This document shows, one piece after another, positions 25,371 to 39,929 of a stretch of 64,000 nt of DNA. A program made the position numbers and the translations under genes. The stretch spans positions 51,274,001-51,338,000 of the forward strand of contig NC_043013.1 in assembly GCF_006345805.1 (NCBI RefSeq). Direction: 5' to 3'. Under the pieces are notes generated by a model. It was not told the origin of the DNA and did not search any database. It saw only the letters and a program-made list of their open reading frames with translations. Positions within the stretch are counted from its first letter, which is position 1. Each line of letters begins with the position of its first letter. The stretch comes from Octopus sinensis. Taxonomy: Eukaryota.

Positions 25371-26134
25371 TGCATATATACATACACACACACAATATAT
25401 ATATATACCGTCATGTCTGCAGAATTCCTGTCTGTTAATGTATTCTGTAAATATATACATATATTATACTATCGCATGCTATAACAGCGTCATCGCCATG
25501 CAAAGTGACATCAATAAGTCCCTTATCAGAAACAACACTACGTCATGAATACATTCCCACCAATATGCAACTGTCTGTCTGTTAGTTGAAACTATGTAGT
25601 CTTGACTGACGTATATTCTTGTATTTTCTGATGTGGTGTGGTTCAAAAGACATTAGTAACATAAGCTTGTCTCTATATTTTTGTGGATTTTGTTTTATGT
25701 AAAGTATTAAACAATATCGCAATTTCAGTATCTGATATCGGTTTGTTAAGTCTGTCGTATACATTTACACAGTGAATATTAATAAATGATTGGGCGTCTA
25801 TATATTTTCAGAGGCGTCTTAAGAATATTAAAAGGCGATCTATATTTCAACACTAAATAATTTAGAAGCCAATAAATATAGAAATAAAAAACAGAAAAAC
25901 TATAAAGTAATTTCATTAAATATAAATCATATTTTTACCGAGATTGCTCAAATGGACTTTTTGGAACGTTAAAATTTTTTAAATGATGTAAAATTATAAG
26001 AATAAAAAATGGAAACTATTATTAATTTCCTTATTCGAATCGCCCTGTCTATTACCTAACTATACTTTCTTATGTTTTACGTTCCATCATCCATAAAAGA
26101 ATGCTTCTTAAGTTGTTTACATATTTGTGGGAAG

Positions 26135-26862
26135 GTGACTAGTCGATTATATCGACCCCAGTGTTTAACTGGTACTTTATTTCATCGACCCCAAAAAGAT
26201 GACTGGCAATGTCAACCGCGGTGGAATTTGAACTCAGAACGTAACGGCAGACGAAATACCTGTTTCTTTACTACCCACAAGAGGCTAAACACAGAGAGGA
26301 CAATCAAGGACAGACAACGGATTAAGTCGATTATATCGACCCCAGTGCGTAACTGGTACTTAATTTGTCGACCCCGAAAGGATGAAAGGCAAAGTCGACC
26401 TCGGTGGAATTTGAACTCAGAACGTGTCAGCAGACGAAATACCTATTTCTTTATTACCCACAAGGGGCTGAACCCAGAGGGGACGAACAAGGACAGACAA
26501 ACCGATTAAGTCGATTATATCGACCACAGTGCGTAACTAGTACTTATTTAATCGACCCCAAATGGCTGAAAGGGTAAAGTCGACCTCGGCGGAAATTGAA
26601 CTCAGAACATAGCGGCAGAATAAATACCTATTTCTTTACTGCCCACAAGGGGCTAAACACAGATGGGACAAACAAGGACAGACACACGGATTAGGTCTAT
26701 TACATCGACCCCAGTGCGTAACTGGTAATTATTTAATCGACCCCGAAAGGATGAAGGGCAAAGTCGACCTCGGCGGAATTTGAACTCAGAACGCAGCGGC
26801 GGACGAAATATCGCAAAGCATTTCGCCGGGCGTGCTAACGTTTCTGCCAGCTCGCCGCCTTA
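26135..26862 (-). mobile_element. SINE family B concatemer: head plus 4 modules, 185-bp period
   Basis: gtcgattatatcgacc-type motif recurs at ~26140, 26325, 26510, 26695. Confidence 0.9.
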
Positions 26863-27116
26863 AGTTGTTAACATATTCAGCAAGTTACTTGGCAGCCGAA
26901 ATTCCTTAATGAACTACAAGCGTCATTGCGTGTTCTGGGTGGCACCTGAGCTAGTTACGGAAGCAAAATTGATGAAGAATGTTGGTCTTATGGAAAAATA
27001 CATGTGAAATGTAGAGAATCATTAGTGGTTCCATGTAATAATATCGGTGGAATGTTACGAACGGATATACACAATGGCTACAGGGATTGCACAGTACTAG
27101 TTATTTATACATCATA

Positions 27117-27187
<71 letters not shown>

Positions 27188-27242
27188 CTCTCACATGCAC
27201 ACACACATATATATACACATGTATATGGATATATACATGTAA

Positions 27243-27292
<50 letters not shown>

Positions 27293-27494
27293 GATAGATA
27301 TACATGTATATATGCATATACGTACACACGTGTGTGTGTGCATGTATATAAATGTGTGTACATGCATATACCCCAAAACGCTTCGGACAGATGCAGACAA
27401 GATTAGCGATGAAATCAGTTATATACATATTAGTGCAACGTATGATTTTTTGCTATAACAACTGCTTGTCGATCTTTCATATATATATATATAT

Positions 27495-27660
27495 AACGGG
27501 AAAGTTTACGAAAATAAACAAAAGACGAAGGCAGGTGGAGTACAAACAAATGTATTAGTATAGCGCTCAGGAATAGAAATAGAAAAAGTCTTTTACGTTT
27601 CGAGCCTACGCTCTTCGACAGAAAGATACACAGAAAAAAACAAGGAGAGAAAAAAAAGGA
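27495..27660 (-). mobile_element. Short (TA)n-flanked element with a CUGUCGA hammerhead variant at 27590-27625
   Basis: Minus: CTTT-CTGTCGA-A-GAGC-GTAG-GCTC-GAAAC-GT-A-AAAG; second copy at 57323-57357. Confidence 0.65.
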
Positions 27661-28074
27661 TATATATATATATACATACATATATACAAAAGATCGACAG
27701 AAACAGCCTACATACAAAACATATGCGAACAAAATAAATTGATGCTACTCTAGACGTGCAGTCAAAATATTTATAAAAATAAAATATATAAAGTTCCGAA
27801 ATTCGAACTCAGAAACCCGATTTCAACAACTGTGATTCGTAACTCTGGATTCACAAATTCGGTTTTCGAACCTTCGATTTTGAAACTTGGATCTAAACAT
27901 AAATCTAATGTCAAAGCAACCAGTTAAACTAAAAGTACATGACAGAAAACGGCTGCCAAACTACATCAATAATTATAGTTAAAAAAGTTAAATAGTCAAA
28001 CAAAAAATTTTGTTTTTTACTTACTTTACTCTTTTACTTGTTTCAGTCATTAGACTGCGGCCATGCTGGAGAAA

Positions 28075-28460
28075 TCGGAAATGGATAGAATCGGAAACAT
28101 CTTTCATATGGCTATGGTCAGGTGGAGAAAACGGACAGCAGGGTAACATCACTGAAGCTAACAATGATATGCAATAAACGATGTGCTTGGTGGAAAGCTT
28201 TCAGATGCATTTATGAAAGATGGTCAACTATCCAAATCTATGATGAACATGTCCTGTGATGGTAGTGTCATCACTGACGCATAGTGGGTATACAACCAAC
28301 GAAACCCATATGGATTCATACGGTCAGTAATCTAATAGACAGCAATCTCGCACAAACAAGGTGATAATTATTTTTGAACCTCACTACTAGATGTTAGATT
28401 GATGCAAAAGGAGGACAATGGAACAATAGAAAATGCACGCTATCTCCGAGTGAAACTAAA
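28075..28460 (+). mobile_element. Very degenerate RTE endonuclease fragment
   Basis: SE..R..G-like start and ..SLLDVR..-like end, with multiple deletions. Confidence 0.4.
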
Positions 28461-28677
28461 CTTCAATCGGAATGATGCTTTTGAAAATAATAAAACTTTT
28501 AACCTTTGGAATAGTATATAAGACGTTGTTGAGTGGGTTTCTTTCTGAATAGCCTGATTTAGGAGTAATAGGTGAAAGAAAACCTTCAGCCGATGGCAGA
28601 ATACGGAATATATTAAGGGAATGTTTAAAGTAATGTATTACAACTATTGTATTCTTTGATAGATATGCAGCTACAGT

Positions 28678-29211
<534 letters not shown>

Positions 29212-29289
29212 ACAATTGCATTATTTATAATGCAACTGTTGAAATTCTTTCAAGCAATTTTTGCAAGAAGGTATTGAATGTATACGAAC

Positions 29290-30150
29290 TAGAGTTATGA
29301 AATCCTGTGATTGGGAATCTAAATACGAAAGCTGAAATAAAGCAGCGAAAGAATGGTCTACACAATGGACGTAATTTGTTTGTAGGGTTGGCAGGGTTAA
29401 TGAACGCGATCTATGATTGGTCAGCTACTTTGCTGCCTAAAAATCCATCATAGGAGGGTTTTTCATTAAACACAAGACTGTTTATAATCATAGTTAGGTA
29501 TTTTGAAGATCAAAAATACGATAAGCAATATCCGAGTTTGATAAACGAACATCTTAAAAGCTCCTCATTAGATGTTAGGTCATTACGAGGTCCAGATATC
29601 AGAGGCACTCTCAGTTAGTTGCTGGGAGAATTTGGTTAAAGAAAGGAAAGAAAGAAGAGGATACCGTATTTGATATCGAAATGTTTGATATCGAAATACC
29701 TGCCAGAATTATTGATGAATTATTGAATGAAGGAGGCAATTGATTTATGATGATTAAAGCTGTTGATGAAGAAAGTGTAGAAATCAATGGCGAATGTAAG
29801 AGTGTAAAAGAAGTGTATTCTATTGTAGTGAAAGATGTTCTGGGCAGGAGAATAGATAAAAAGAAGAAAATGGATTTCGGAACAAAACATGAGAAGATAT
29901 TGGGGTATAAAACCAACAAAAAGAGATTGTTGGAAGATGAAGAGGAAATAAGATGGGCCTTAAAATGGATATAATTAAATATGAGAGACAGAGGAGCAGA
30001 GAGGCGAAATGGTGTTTAAGAAGTAATAATAGAAGATTCGTGAAAGTAGAAGCTGAGGAAATAAAGAAATATTTCAATGTGAGAAACAGTGGTGGAAATA
30101 TGGTTTATGAAATAATAAACGAGATAACAGGGAAAAGAAATAGATGAAAA
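29290..30150 (+). mobile_element. Degenerate RTE LINE ORF (endonuclease C-half plus linker)
   Basis: VIGNLNTK, IIGG..KHKT, SSLDVRSLRGPDI, VKDVLGRR, SREAK..LRSNNRRF, VYEII..ITGKR in shifting frames. Confidence 0.65.
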
Positions 30151-30624
30151 GAGAGTAATTAAGATTGTTGAGGAATTAAAATTTCTTATAGGAAATTTAA
30201 ATTGGTGTTTGTGTTTTAAAGTAAGTTTAAGAATAGCAATGGGTCATTTAGTGTTAAGGGGACTCAATTCCGAGAGCAGAGTAATATTTATTGCAAAGTC
30301 TGTAGTGACCGGCAATTCATGATTGAATGAATAAGGCAAAGGGTGAAGTTCAAAGTCCCAATTAACAGGAACTTTACTCTAACATCTGATATATAAAGAT
30401 CTGTGTTGATGGAAGTAGCGTTTTAATACAGTGATGAATAAAGCATGCGATGGGAGAAATGTTCTGAGGATTTCTGAAGGCATTGAAGAGGCTGGAAATT
30501 GCTGTCCATAAAACATCTTTTGAAGGAATGATAAAAGATGTTTAGCAATAAAGAAACACAAGAATCTTGGGTTAGTTGGGAAGGAGCAATACTGAAATCA
30601 GGTAAATGCGTTATTGAAACTGTT

Positions 30625-30820
30625 TCTTGTCAGTAAAGAGGTCGCGGTCTCAAAGCGACGAAAATATTTTGACAAATTAAATTTAATGTTGAAGTGAATC
30701 GAACGGTTTTGTGTGTCTCTTAAATGGCTTACAAACACCTCCCACGCTGCAATTGTTTTCGTTTCAGCACACAATCTCAGATCAACTCACTTGCTATGCA
30801 AGTACATCTCCGTAAAAAAA
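30625..30820 (+). mobile_element. Fragment of the hAT-type MITE seen at 55008-55533
   Basis: Matches 55237-55430 (ggtcgcggtctcaaagcgacgaaaatatt...). Confidence 0.8.
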
Positions 30821-30989
30821 AATATATATATATGAAATGAACAAACTCAAAATTTTGATGTCGGTGTAGAAAGACTGGATTTTCGTATTATAGCAGGGAG
30901 TGTATAATTCTAAGCTGCCTATTTATTATTGAAATTATTCAGTTTCTTCATTATTGAGAGGAATATGATTTTGGAGAGAACAAACAGGA

Positions 30990-31140
30990 TTCCCATGGTC
31001 GCGATGTTTCGATGACTAAATCATACTGCAATTCTTCGACTTCCAACAGTCTTTGGTAATCTTCTGTAGAATCTGAAAACGCTTTGGCAGCGTACATGGG
31101 AGTTAGGTTATTAGGGGTTTGTGAGAAAACTGAATTGAAC
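30990..31140 (-). mobile_element. Possible RTE endonuclease N-terminal remnant
   Basis: MYAAKAFSDSTEDYQRLLEVEELQYDLVIETSRPW resembles the TYNARTL...LL.E.....YD.I..SETR motif. Confidence 0.35.
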
Positions 31141-31996
31141 GAGGGAACGCAACGAATAAGCATATACTGACGAGGCACCCCAGGATAAATTAAAACTTTG
31201 GAGAAGAGAATTATTTTATTGCCTCTTCCCTATTTGCTGTTTGCTCCTCTAATACGCTAAGAAGCGAAGGAAACAATTAAAAACTAAAAGTAATTGTATT
31301 TATGGTTAGATTTTTAGGAAGAATTCAGACAATTTGGATTATGTTGGTAGAATTGTTTGCTATTTAATGAAACATCAACAACAGAAAAAATTACAATTTT
31401 AATGAAATAGGCGACGGCGTAGTATTTAAGATACATACATACGTATGTACATATGTGTGCATGCATATATATATATATATGTATACCAGCGTTGACCATG
31501 GATCGCCACATGTATGTGCAGACCAGAATAAGATGTTTTGAGGAAGACTGAATGTTGACTGTGCATAGAAGACACCTTTCACAACGCCTTCAATGTTTTT
31601 CCTAGACAGGTAAGGCCATTGATTTTGGCAGTTGAAGCATGCTATTAGTATGGCCGCAGGCGTTGTGGTCAGAATCCAAATTCTGGATCAGATAACGTAA
31701 AGCCTTTCGCCGGACCTGTTACAGTTCCACCACCGTACAGAGCTAGATTGAAACTTTTTTTTTTATCGACACCCCACCCCAAAAAAAACAGAATTTAAGG
31801 CAGTTAATCTTAGCAGGATTTGAACTCATAACAAAGAAGATCTAAAAAGGTGCGGGGAGTAACCAGCAGTCTAGCGCAATCATAATTTAGGATAAACATT
31901 CATTAAATTAAAATTTGATTGTTGCGATTGTAGCGATAGAATATGTCACCCACGAGAATAGTCAATATTAAATATCATCATACGTTTATGGAATGG

Positions 31997-32048
<52 letters not shown>

Positions 32049-32189
32049 GCGTGGGTTGTTGAAGAAGTGTGATATTTTGTCATTGGAGATCTCCCCTTTT
32101 TGGATTAACCACGTTTGTTTCCTGTTTAAAATTGCTGTTTGGTCTCACGAGTATTTGTTGAATTGTTTTTCTCTTTCCATTTATGGGAG

Positions 32190-33480
32190 AACCAACGCCA
32201 AGCACGATGGAATGTGAACCAGCCAAGAGCCATAGTTGTGCGCCTGCAGCTGGAAAAGTTATCGAAGTCCAAGATTTGGAGGTGCGAGAAATAAAAATCG
32301 AGCCGGAAATGTTCAAGGAATGCGGCAACCTTTTAGAAAAAGAAGGCCACAATCTAAAGTTGACGCCTTCGCTCGAATTGAGTCATAGTGTAAAGAGGAA
32401 AACGATAATTTATATAACTCTGAAAATATCAACGAAGAAAATTGAAGTAGCATCAATTGAAGAAGTTGAGAAACGTTTACAAGTAATTAAAAGGAAGAAA
32501 ATATGGCAGAGTGGAGTTGCGTTTCGGTAGCGAGGTGGATGCGATATTGCACTCCACTGATGCAATAGAATCGGAAGAGTGGGTTTTCCTACCAACTTAC
32601 TGCGGCAGAAGAGTTGTCCGAGTGCGGGTGGGAAAAATACCACCAGAATTAGACGAAACATGGCAGGTTGTAGCGATAATATACAACATGGAGATGATGC
32701 CAGGATCCTAAGAGTGATAAGAATGAGAATGATGGACTGGTGGGGTTACGGGATCGAGATATCAATTCAGACAACTGATAGTGATATGATAAAGATTCCA
32801 GAAGAAATCATTATACCTGAAGATGTGAGATTGAGAGCAGTGGTGGAGAGCAGGCTTCCCAGATGTTATTTGTGTGACGAGAAAGATCACATGAAGGCGA
32901 GTTGCTCCCAGAGAGAAGAAAGAGAACAAGAAAAGGAACAGTCGGAGGAATAGGAGAAAGTGAATGATGAGGTACAGGAGGAGGAGAAAGAGGCAGAGGA
33001 GTGATTCGAAGTGGTTAAAAAAAGAAAAAGGAAGGGCACTCCGCCGGAGAGACAGAAAAAGGAAAAAGAAACAAAGGAAATAGAGGAAGCAGTCGTAAAG
33101 AAGGTTGAGAAAGAAGTTATGGAGGAGGAGAAGAGAGAAGAAAGCAGACTGCAGGGTTGTCTAACCCATGAAGTGGAACAGTAGCGAGAGGAAGAAGCGA
33201 CAACGACTGAAACGGATAAAATGACGTCAAGAACATTACACAGTAAACAAAAAATTGGTATTTTGTAAAATATGACAAAAATGTGCCAAAGGAAAAAATG
33301 ATTACCAAGATGAAATCGGTTATAAGGGTGAAGTTGCCAAAGGACAGTTACGCTGAGGATGTGAAGGCGATTCTAAAAGACAAGCAAGGGTACTGCAGGT
33401 GGAAGGAAATGCAGATTCGAACCACCAGCTTTCCAGGTAGAGTTCGACGAACTACCGTCATTGGTCGAACTAAATGAATT
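32190..33480 (+). pseudogene. LINE ORF1 (Tx1/L1-like gag-like) remnant with CCHC zinc knuckle
   Basis: CYLCDEKDHMKASC at 32864-32905; upstream RRM-like VRVRVGKIPPEL; E/K-rich tail; frameshifts and stops. Confidence 0.7.
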
Positions 33481-33814
33481 AAGGCCTTATAGAAAAAGGC
33501 TTTAAAATATAAAACGAAAAGAGAGTAACTTGTGTTTACAAAAAGGAATAAAACAAAAGATGTAAAGGGAGGAAAAACTGATTATAAACGGACAGTGAGA
33601 ACGTTTCAATGGTACGGCATGTGAGTGGGGCGCATGCAGCCATTTCATCTCCATCAATTCCATTGTACGTATTACCATCTTTCATTCGTTTTATGTTTTC
33701 GTCTCCACTATGCTGTTCTATCTGTATTTGTACTGTCCCCTTTGTGAATAGGCTTTTGTGGCTGTAATAAAAATCCTTATATGCGCGTGTGCATATTGTA
33801 TATATATATACATG

Positions 33815-33887
<73 letters not shown>

Positions 33888-34054
33888 TATATATATATAA
33901 AACTTAGATAAAACTTAGATATGTTTCGACCAGAGATTGGTCCAGGCCATGTCTAACTTAATAGCACCATATATACATATATCTACATATATATACATAT
34001 ATCTACATCTATATCTATATATATATACATACATATATATATATATGCACCTAT

Positions 34055-34085
<31 letters not shown>

Positions 34086-34195
34086 CAAATTGAGATAGGG
34101 GTTGTAAATGCAACCCTCCATGGGATAACATATATCCAATATACTGCTAGTGAAGTACCCAACAAGGTTAATACATAAATGTTAAGGATTGCGCT

Positions 34196-34534
34196 GTGAG
34201 GGCGCGTGGCTTAGTGGTTAGGGCATTCGGCTCATGATTGTAAGGTTGTGAGTTCGATTCCCGGCGACGCGCTGTGTCCTTGAGCAAGACACTTTATTTC
34301 ACGTTGCTCCAGTCCACTCAGCTGGCAAAAATGAGTTGTACTTGTATTTCAAAGGGTCAGCCTTGTCATTCTCTGTGTCACGCTGATTATCCCCGAGAAC
34401 TACGTTAAGGGTACACGTGTCTGTGGAATGCTCAGCCATTTGCACGTTAATTTCATGAGCAAGCTGTTCCGTTGATCGTATCAGCTGGGACCCTCGTCGT
34501 CGTAACCGGCGAGTCTTTAAAAAAAAAAAAAAAA
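34196..34534 (+). mobile_element. SINE family C (CORE-SINE/OR2-like), head H1 + tail T1, poly-A, ~10-bp TSD
   Basis: tggcttagtgg, gttcgattcc, tgtgtccttgagcaagacactt..cagctggcaaaaatgag resembles the MIR CORE; TSD aaggattgcg at 34184 and 34533. Confidence 0.9.
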
Positions 34535-35426
34535 GGATTGCGTTGCAATCAATTCATTTACTGTATTATATGGGCAAAGGTAAAATGATTTACCACAAAT
34601 TACTAATACAAGATAAGAAAATGGAGAAATACATCTAAATCAAATATCAATTACCAGATAGTACTCAATCACATACTTTATTAAACCACCACATAAGAAA
34701 CTATAGGGTTAAACATAATAATGTAGAACAAAACAGTGTCTATATATAAGTTTAGTGTTGACTGTTGAATATCGGAAAGACGGGTACTGAATGATATTGT
34801 ACAGTTTAGAAATATATTTCATTTGGGTTGAGCCAGTTTCTGGCCCCTTTGATTCTCACCAAAGGGTGCACTGCATCTTCATTGTAATCGATGGCATATC
34901 GGAGGCACATTTTTCTAATAAAAGAAAAAATCTAAAAGTATCAAAAATGTAATGTCTAAAACAAATAAAAGATAAAAGATTAAAAAAAAACACCTGCATG
35001 AGCATAGTACATTGGTTCTTTTATTCTTTTATTCTGTTATTCTTTTAATCGTTTCACTCACGCACCTTTAAGTTTATATATAAATTAACTAATTAAACAC
35101 CGCATTTATTTGCCGCCATTGGAGAACCGTTCGTGCTTGACAGGAATGTGTGAGGTTGTAAACAATGGCTCACACTGTAACAACGACAAGGCATCAATAC
35201 TTGTCAAAATGATTTCTAACCGAAAGAAAGAAGGTTGTGTAGGACCCTGATTTCCCTACCTCTCACTCAGAGTTCCGTGCCATATTCCCTAAGGAAAATA
35301 TGGAGAAAACTGATCAGATTGCTGTCAAAATAGAATAATAATTAACGGAAACTGCTACAAATTCGTGTAACCCATATTGTGCGCGTGGGGGCACAAACAC
35401 ACACACACAAACATATATAGTATTTA

Positions 35427-35457
<31 letters not shown>

Positions 35458-35463
<6 letters not shown>

Positions 35464-36696
35464 CATCCCATAAATAATGCAGTTTATTCAATTGCATGAA
35501 GTAAAAGTCGGAAGGGGAGGGGGAAAATACCTGCATCGATTTGTTATAAAAGCAGGTAGTAATGTTACCTTGTACTTATTCCTAGTTTTGAAGATTCCAG
35601 TACGATTTTAACGGTTATTTTTCCAAAGCCATAATGGAAGTCACAAAGGGGCATATTCGGTATATTTTGCTTTATGAGTTCAATAAAGGCAAAAACGCAA
35701 CGGAAAGTACGAGGAATATTAATGCAGTATAAAGCGGATCGGACAGTAAGTGTAAACCAATGTCAACGATCCAGAAATTCCCAGCCGAAAACTACAGCCT
35801 AGAAGACGAGCCTCGTCCTGGAAGAGCTGTAGAGATAGACGAGGATGTTCTACCAACCCTGGTGGAACAAAATCCCACCGAAACTGTTGAGGAACTAGCA
35901 GACTGGCTTGGATTTGATTATTCAACCATTTATCAACACCTGCGTGCCATCGGAAAAGCCAGCAAATTAGGTCAGTGCGTTCCTCAAAAACTTTCCGGAT
36001 CTATTCGCGCTCAGAGAGTGAATGTGTGCTCTTCTTTGCTGCCACGTCTCACCAATGAACCCTTTTTGGACCGAAGAGTGATCGGTGACGATAAATGGGT
36101 TCTCTATAAAAATGTCAAGTGCCGAAGACAGTGGGTAGGGAAAGGAGAAAGACAAACACCCCAGGCTAATAAAGGTCTTCAACCACGTAAGCTGTTGTTA
36201 TCTGTTTGGTGGGATATAAAAGGTTTAGTCCACTTTGAATTTTCAAACCCAAACCAAATGATAACAAAGGAGATCTACTGCGAGCAACTTGAGCGGCTAG
36301 AAGAACAACCATCTTTGGTTTCAAAATGAAAGATGTTCTTCCATCAGGATAATACTCGGCCACGTACCTCAGGGAAGATATTCCAAAGGCTGGAGCAGTT
36401 TGAATGGGAAACGATGCCCCTACCTACCATATTAACCGGACATTGCCCCATCTCATTATGATTTATTCAACAGTCTTCAAAATGATTTGGACGGAAAAAA
36501 TATGAATTCTGTAGACGAGGTCAGAACAGTAGTGAAGGAGTATTTTTTGTCACGGACAAGTAAAATTTGGAAGAGGGGTCTTGCAAGTCTACCAGATAGA
36601 TGGAGAATATATATTTTAGATTAAAAAAGAAATCTGCTTATCTTAATTTTGAAAAGTAAAAGTATAAAAAACGTGTTATTTATGGGATGACTCAGT
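35458..36696 (+). mobile_element. Full-length defective mariner (DD34D) transposon
   Basis: TIRs ttggatcatcccataaataa / ttatttatgggatgactcag in TA context; ATG 35634; GDDKW (D 36087), HQDN (D 36348), PDIAPSH (third D to H, 36454); stops and frameshifts. Confidence 0.93.
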
Positions 36697-36715
36697 TTAT
36701 ATATAAATATATATA

Positions 36716-36965
36716 AAATGCGCCCTTCTAAAGCCTATCCAGGCTCATGGGCCCGGTTTCCCGGTTTCTGTGGCGTATGTGTTCCCCAGCTGGACGGGAC
36801 GCCAGTCCATCGCAGCGATATTCATTTTTGCCAGCTGAGTGGACTGGAACTACGTGAAATGAAGTGTTTTGCTCAAGGACACAACGCGTTGCCTGGTCCA
36901 GGAATCGGAATCACAATCTTACGATCATGATGCTGACACCCTAACCTCTAAGTCACGCGCCTCCA
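36716..36965 (-). mobile_element. SINE family C, head H1 + tail T2
   Basis: H1 head as at 34196; tail ctgcgatggactggcgtcccgtccagctgggg. Confidence 0.88.
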
Positions 36966-37319
36966 TATATATATAGAGAGAGAGATGTATGTGTGTGTGT
37001 GTGTGTGTGTATGGGTGTGCGCGCGTGTGTGTATGTGTGTGTTTGTGCGTGCGCGCACGGGTGTGTATATGTATGTATGTGTTCACACACTCGGGCGTAT
37101 TTTGAAAGAAATTAACAGAAATGGTTTTTCTGATGGCTTTTCTACTTTAATAATTTAGTGTTTATAAATCAATTAATGATTAATAAACATTAATCATTAA
37201 ATGATTTATGAACGTCTAATTATTAAAGTGGGAAAATCATCAGTAAATCCATTCCTGCTGAATTTTTTTCTAATACAAAACACCAAACCGAGAACTATTT
37301 TTATTTCAAATCCCCCAGC

Positions 37320-37365
<46 letters not shown>

Positions 37366-37385
37366 GCATGTACGAGTGTATACAC

Positions 37386-37439
<54 letters not shown>

Positions 37440-37446
37440 ATATATA

Positions 37447-37494
<48 letters not shown>

Positions 37495-37531
37495 ATATAT
37501 GTGTATAATATATATATATATATATTATATA

Positions 37532-37917
37532 GGCGAGGAGTGGCTGTGGTAAGTAGTTTGCTTACCACCACATGGTTCCGGGTTCAGTCCCACTGCGTGG
37601 CACCTTGGCAAGTGTCTTCTACTGTGCCTCGGGCCGACCAAAGCCTTGTGAGTGGATTTGGTAAACGAAAACTGAAAGAAGCCCGTCGTATATATGTATA
37701 CATATGTATGTGTGTTTGTGTTTGTCCCCCCAACATCGCTTGACAACCGATGCTGGTGTGTTTACGTCCCCGTAACTTAGCGGTTCGCCAAAAGAGTCCG
37801 ATTGAATAAGTACTAGGCTTACAAAGAATAAGTTCTGGGGGTCGATTAGCTCGACTAAAGGTGGTGCTCCATCACGGCCACAGTCAAATGACTGAAACAA
37901 GTAAAAGAGTAAAAGAG
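37532..37917 (+). mobile_element. SINE family A
   Basis: Matches family A head and tail. Confidence 0.9.
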
Positions 37918-38372
37918 TATATATATATATATATACACACATCTATGTGTGTGTTTATCCACACTAACGCACACACATGCACACACACATACATATATGC
38001 TTATGTATGTATATATAAATGTTTATTGGCGCCGGTATGAATGTGGGGTTAGAAACTTGCTTCCCAGCCATGTAGGTCTGGGTTCAGTCCCACTGTATGG
38101 CACGATGGGCAATAGAGTAGCGACTTTTTAATTTTTTTTTTTTCTGAAATTAAACATGGCCAGGGTTACTTGCTAGGATAAACGATGAGAAAACAGTGAC
38201 TAGCAGTTCATTGTCTTTTTTAACCTTCAATCCCCACCCCCACCAACTAATATTTCTATTTTCAAATGCGTCACACTTGCATCACTTTTGTGAAACTCAC
38301 ATTACGTTCGGCTTTTATGCTTCACACTATTTTGTTAGATTTCAAGGAGTTTATATATATATATGTGTATAT

Positions 38373-38582
38373 ACTCTTTTACTCTTTTACTTGTTTCAGT
38401 CATTTGACTGCGGCCATGCTGGAGCACCGCCTTTAGTCGAGCAAATCGACCCCGGGACTTATTCTTTGTAAGCCCAGTACTTATTCTATCGGTCTCTTTT
38501 GCCGACCCGCTAAGTGACGGGGACGTAAACACACCAGCATCGGTTGTCAAGCAATACTAGGGGGACAAACACAGACACACAA

Positions 38583-38623
<41 letters not shown>

Positions 38624-38788
38624 TACTACACGCTTCTTTCAGTTTCCGTCTACCAAATCCACTCACAAGGCATTGGTCGGCCAGGGGCTATAGCAGAAGA
38701 CACTTGCCCAAGATGCCACGTAGTGGGACTGAACCCGGAACCATGTGGTTGGTTAGCAAGCTACTTACCACACAGCCACTCCTGCGCC
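38373..38788 (-). mobile_element. SINE family A, full length
   Basis: Reverse complement of family A. Confidence 0.92.
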
Positions 38789-38804
38789 AAAATATATATA
38801 TAAA

Positions 38805-38863
38805 TTTGGAACCTGGGTTCTCATTCCTAAGGTAATTTTCGATATTGTTGTAATTATTATTAC

Positions 38864-38925
<62 letters not shown>

Positions 38926-38997
38926 TCACTGCCAGGAATCGAACTCGGAATCTTGGCGATAGTAGCCTGCGCTCTTAACCACTACGCCATATGCCCG
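38805..38997 (-). mobile_element. SINE family D head with expanded (AAT)n, truncated before the hammerhead
   Basis: gggcatatggcgtagtggttaagagcgc...gttcgattcc...ccttaggaatgagaacccaggttc as at 17695-17814. Confidence 0.85.
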
Positions 38998-39011
38998 TAT
39001 ACATGGGACGG

Positions 39012-39176
39012 GTGTCTTTCAGTTTCCGTCTACCGAATCCACCAAATCCGCTCAACGTCTTTGGTCAGCCCGACCCTATAGCAGAAGACACCTGTGCAAG
39101 GTGCCGCGCAGTAGGACTGAACCCAGAACCATGTGGTTGGGAGTCAAGTTTCTTACCACGAAGCTACGCCTGGGCC
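39012..39176 (-). mobile_element. SINE family A head, diverged
   Basis: Reverse complement of the A head. Confidence 0.7.
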
Positions 39177-39714
39177 TCTAGCAAACCTTACCACGCAGCC
39201 GTCTATATAAGATATACACACACATGTATATGTGTTTGTGAGTATGTGTGTGTATAGTAAGTATATATTGCATATACGTATATGCTTAGACATTCATGGG
39301 TTCACAGAGCATGATGGTATATAAATTAATCTGGTATATGTTATTCAGCATCAATAAATGATTGATGAGGCCCATGTGTATAGGCAGGATGTGATAGAGC
39401 TGTGCAGGCCGGGTCAAAGGTAAGTATGAGGAGCAAACAGATGTTTGTCAATCGGATATTCTCTCAAAACTAACAAGGAGTGTATGTGCCGTATTTACCT
39501 GCCCTTAGCTCTTACTTGAATTTCTTAAATTTAATCCCAAGGCAGAAAATCTGGTAAACCGATTAAGCATATTTGAAAATGGACTTTTTCATTACCGAAA
39601 TTTATATAAAAGAAAGTTATTTTCAATTACTTTGCGTGTACGTGTGTGTGTGTGTGTGTGGATGTGCAAGTGTGTTAGAGTTTGCACGTGAGGGTGTGTG
39701 TATAAATGTGTATG

Positions 39715-39760
<46 letters not shown>

Positions 39761-39849
39761 TATATATATATATACACATATATATATATGCATATATACA
39801 TATATACATATATACATACACATTTATATACATAAATATATATATACAT

Positions 39850-39880
<31 letters not shown>

Positions 39881-39929
39881 TATATATATATATGTAAGTA
39901 TATATACATATGTATATGCCCCAACTCTC

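Noticed and set aside
29611-30147. Possible viral or host lysine-rich protein
   Set aside because: Motifs fit the RTE endonuclease-RT linker, with frameshifts and stops.
33595-33650. GAAACGTT palindrome on the minus strand
   Set aside because: No CUGANGA core or stem II upstream.
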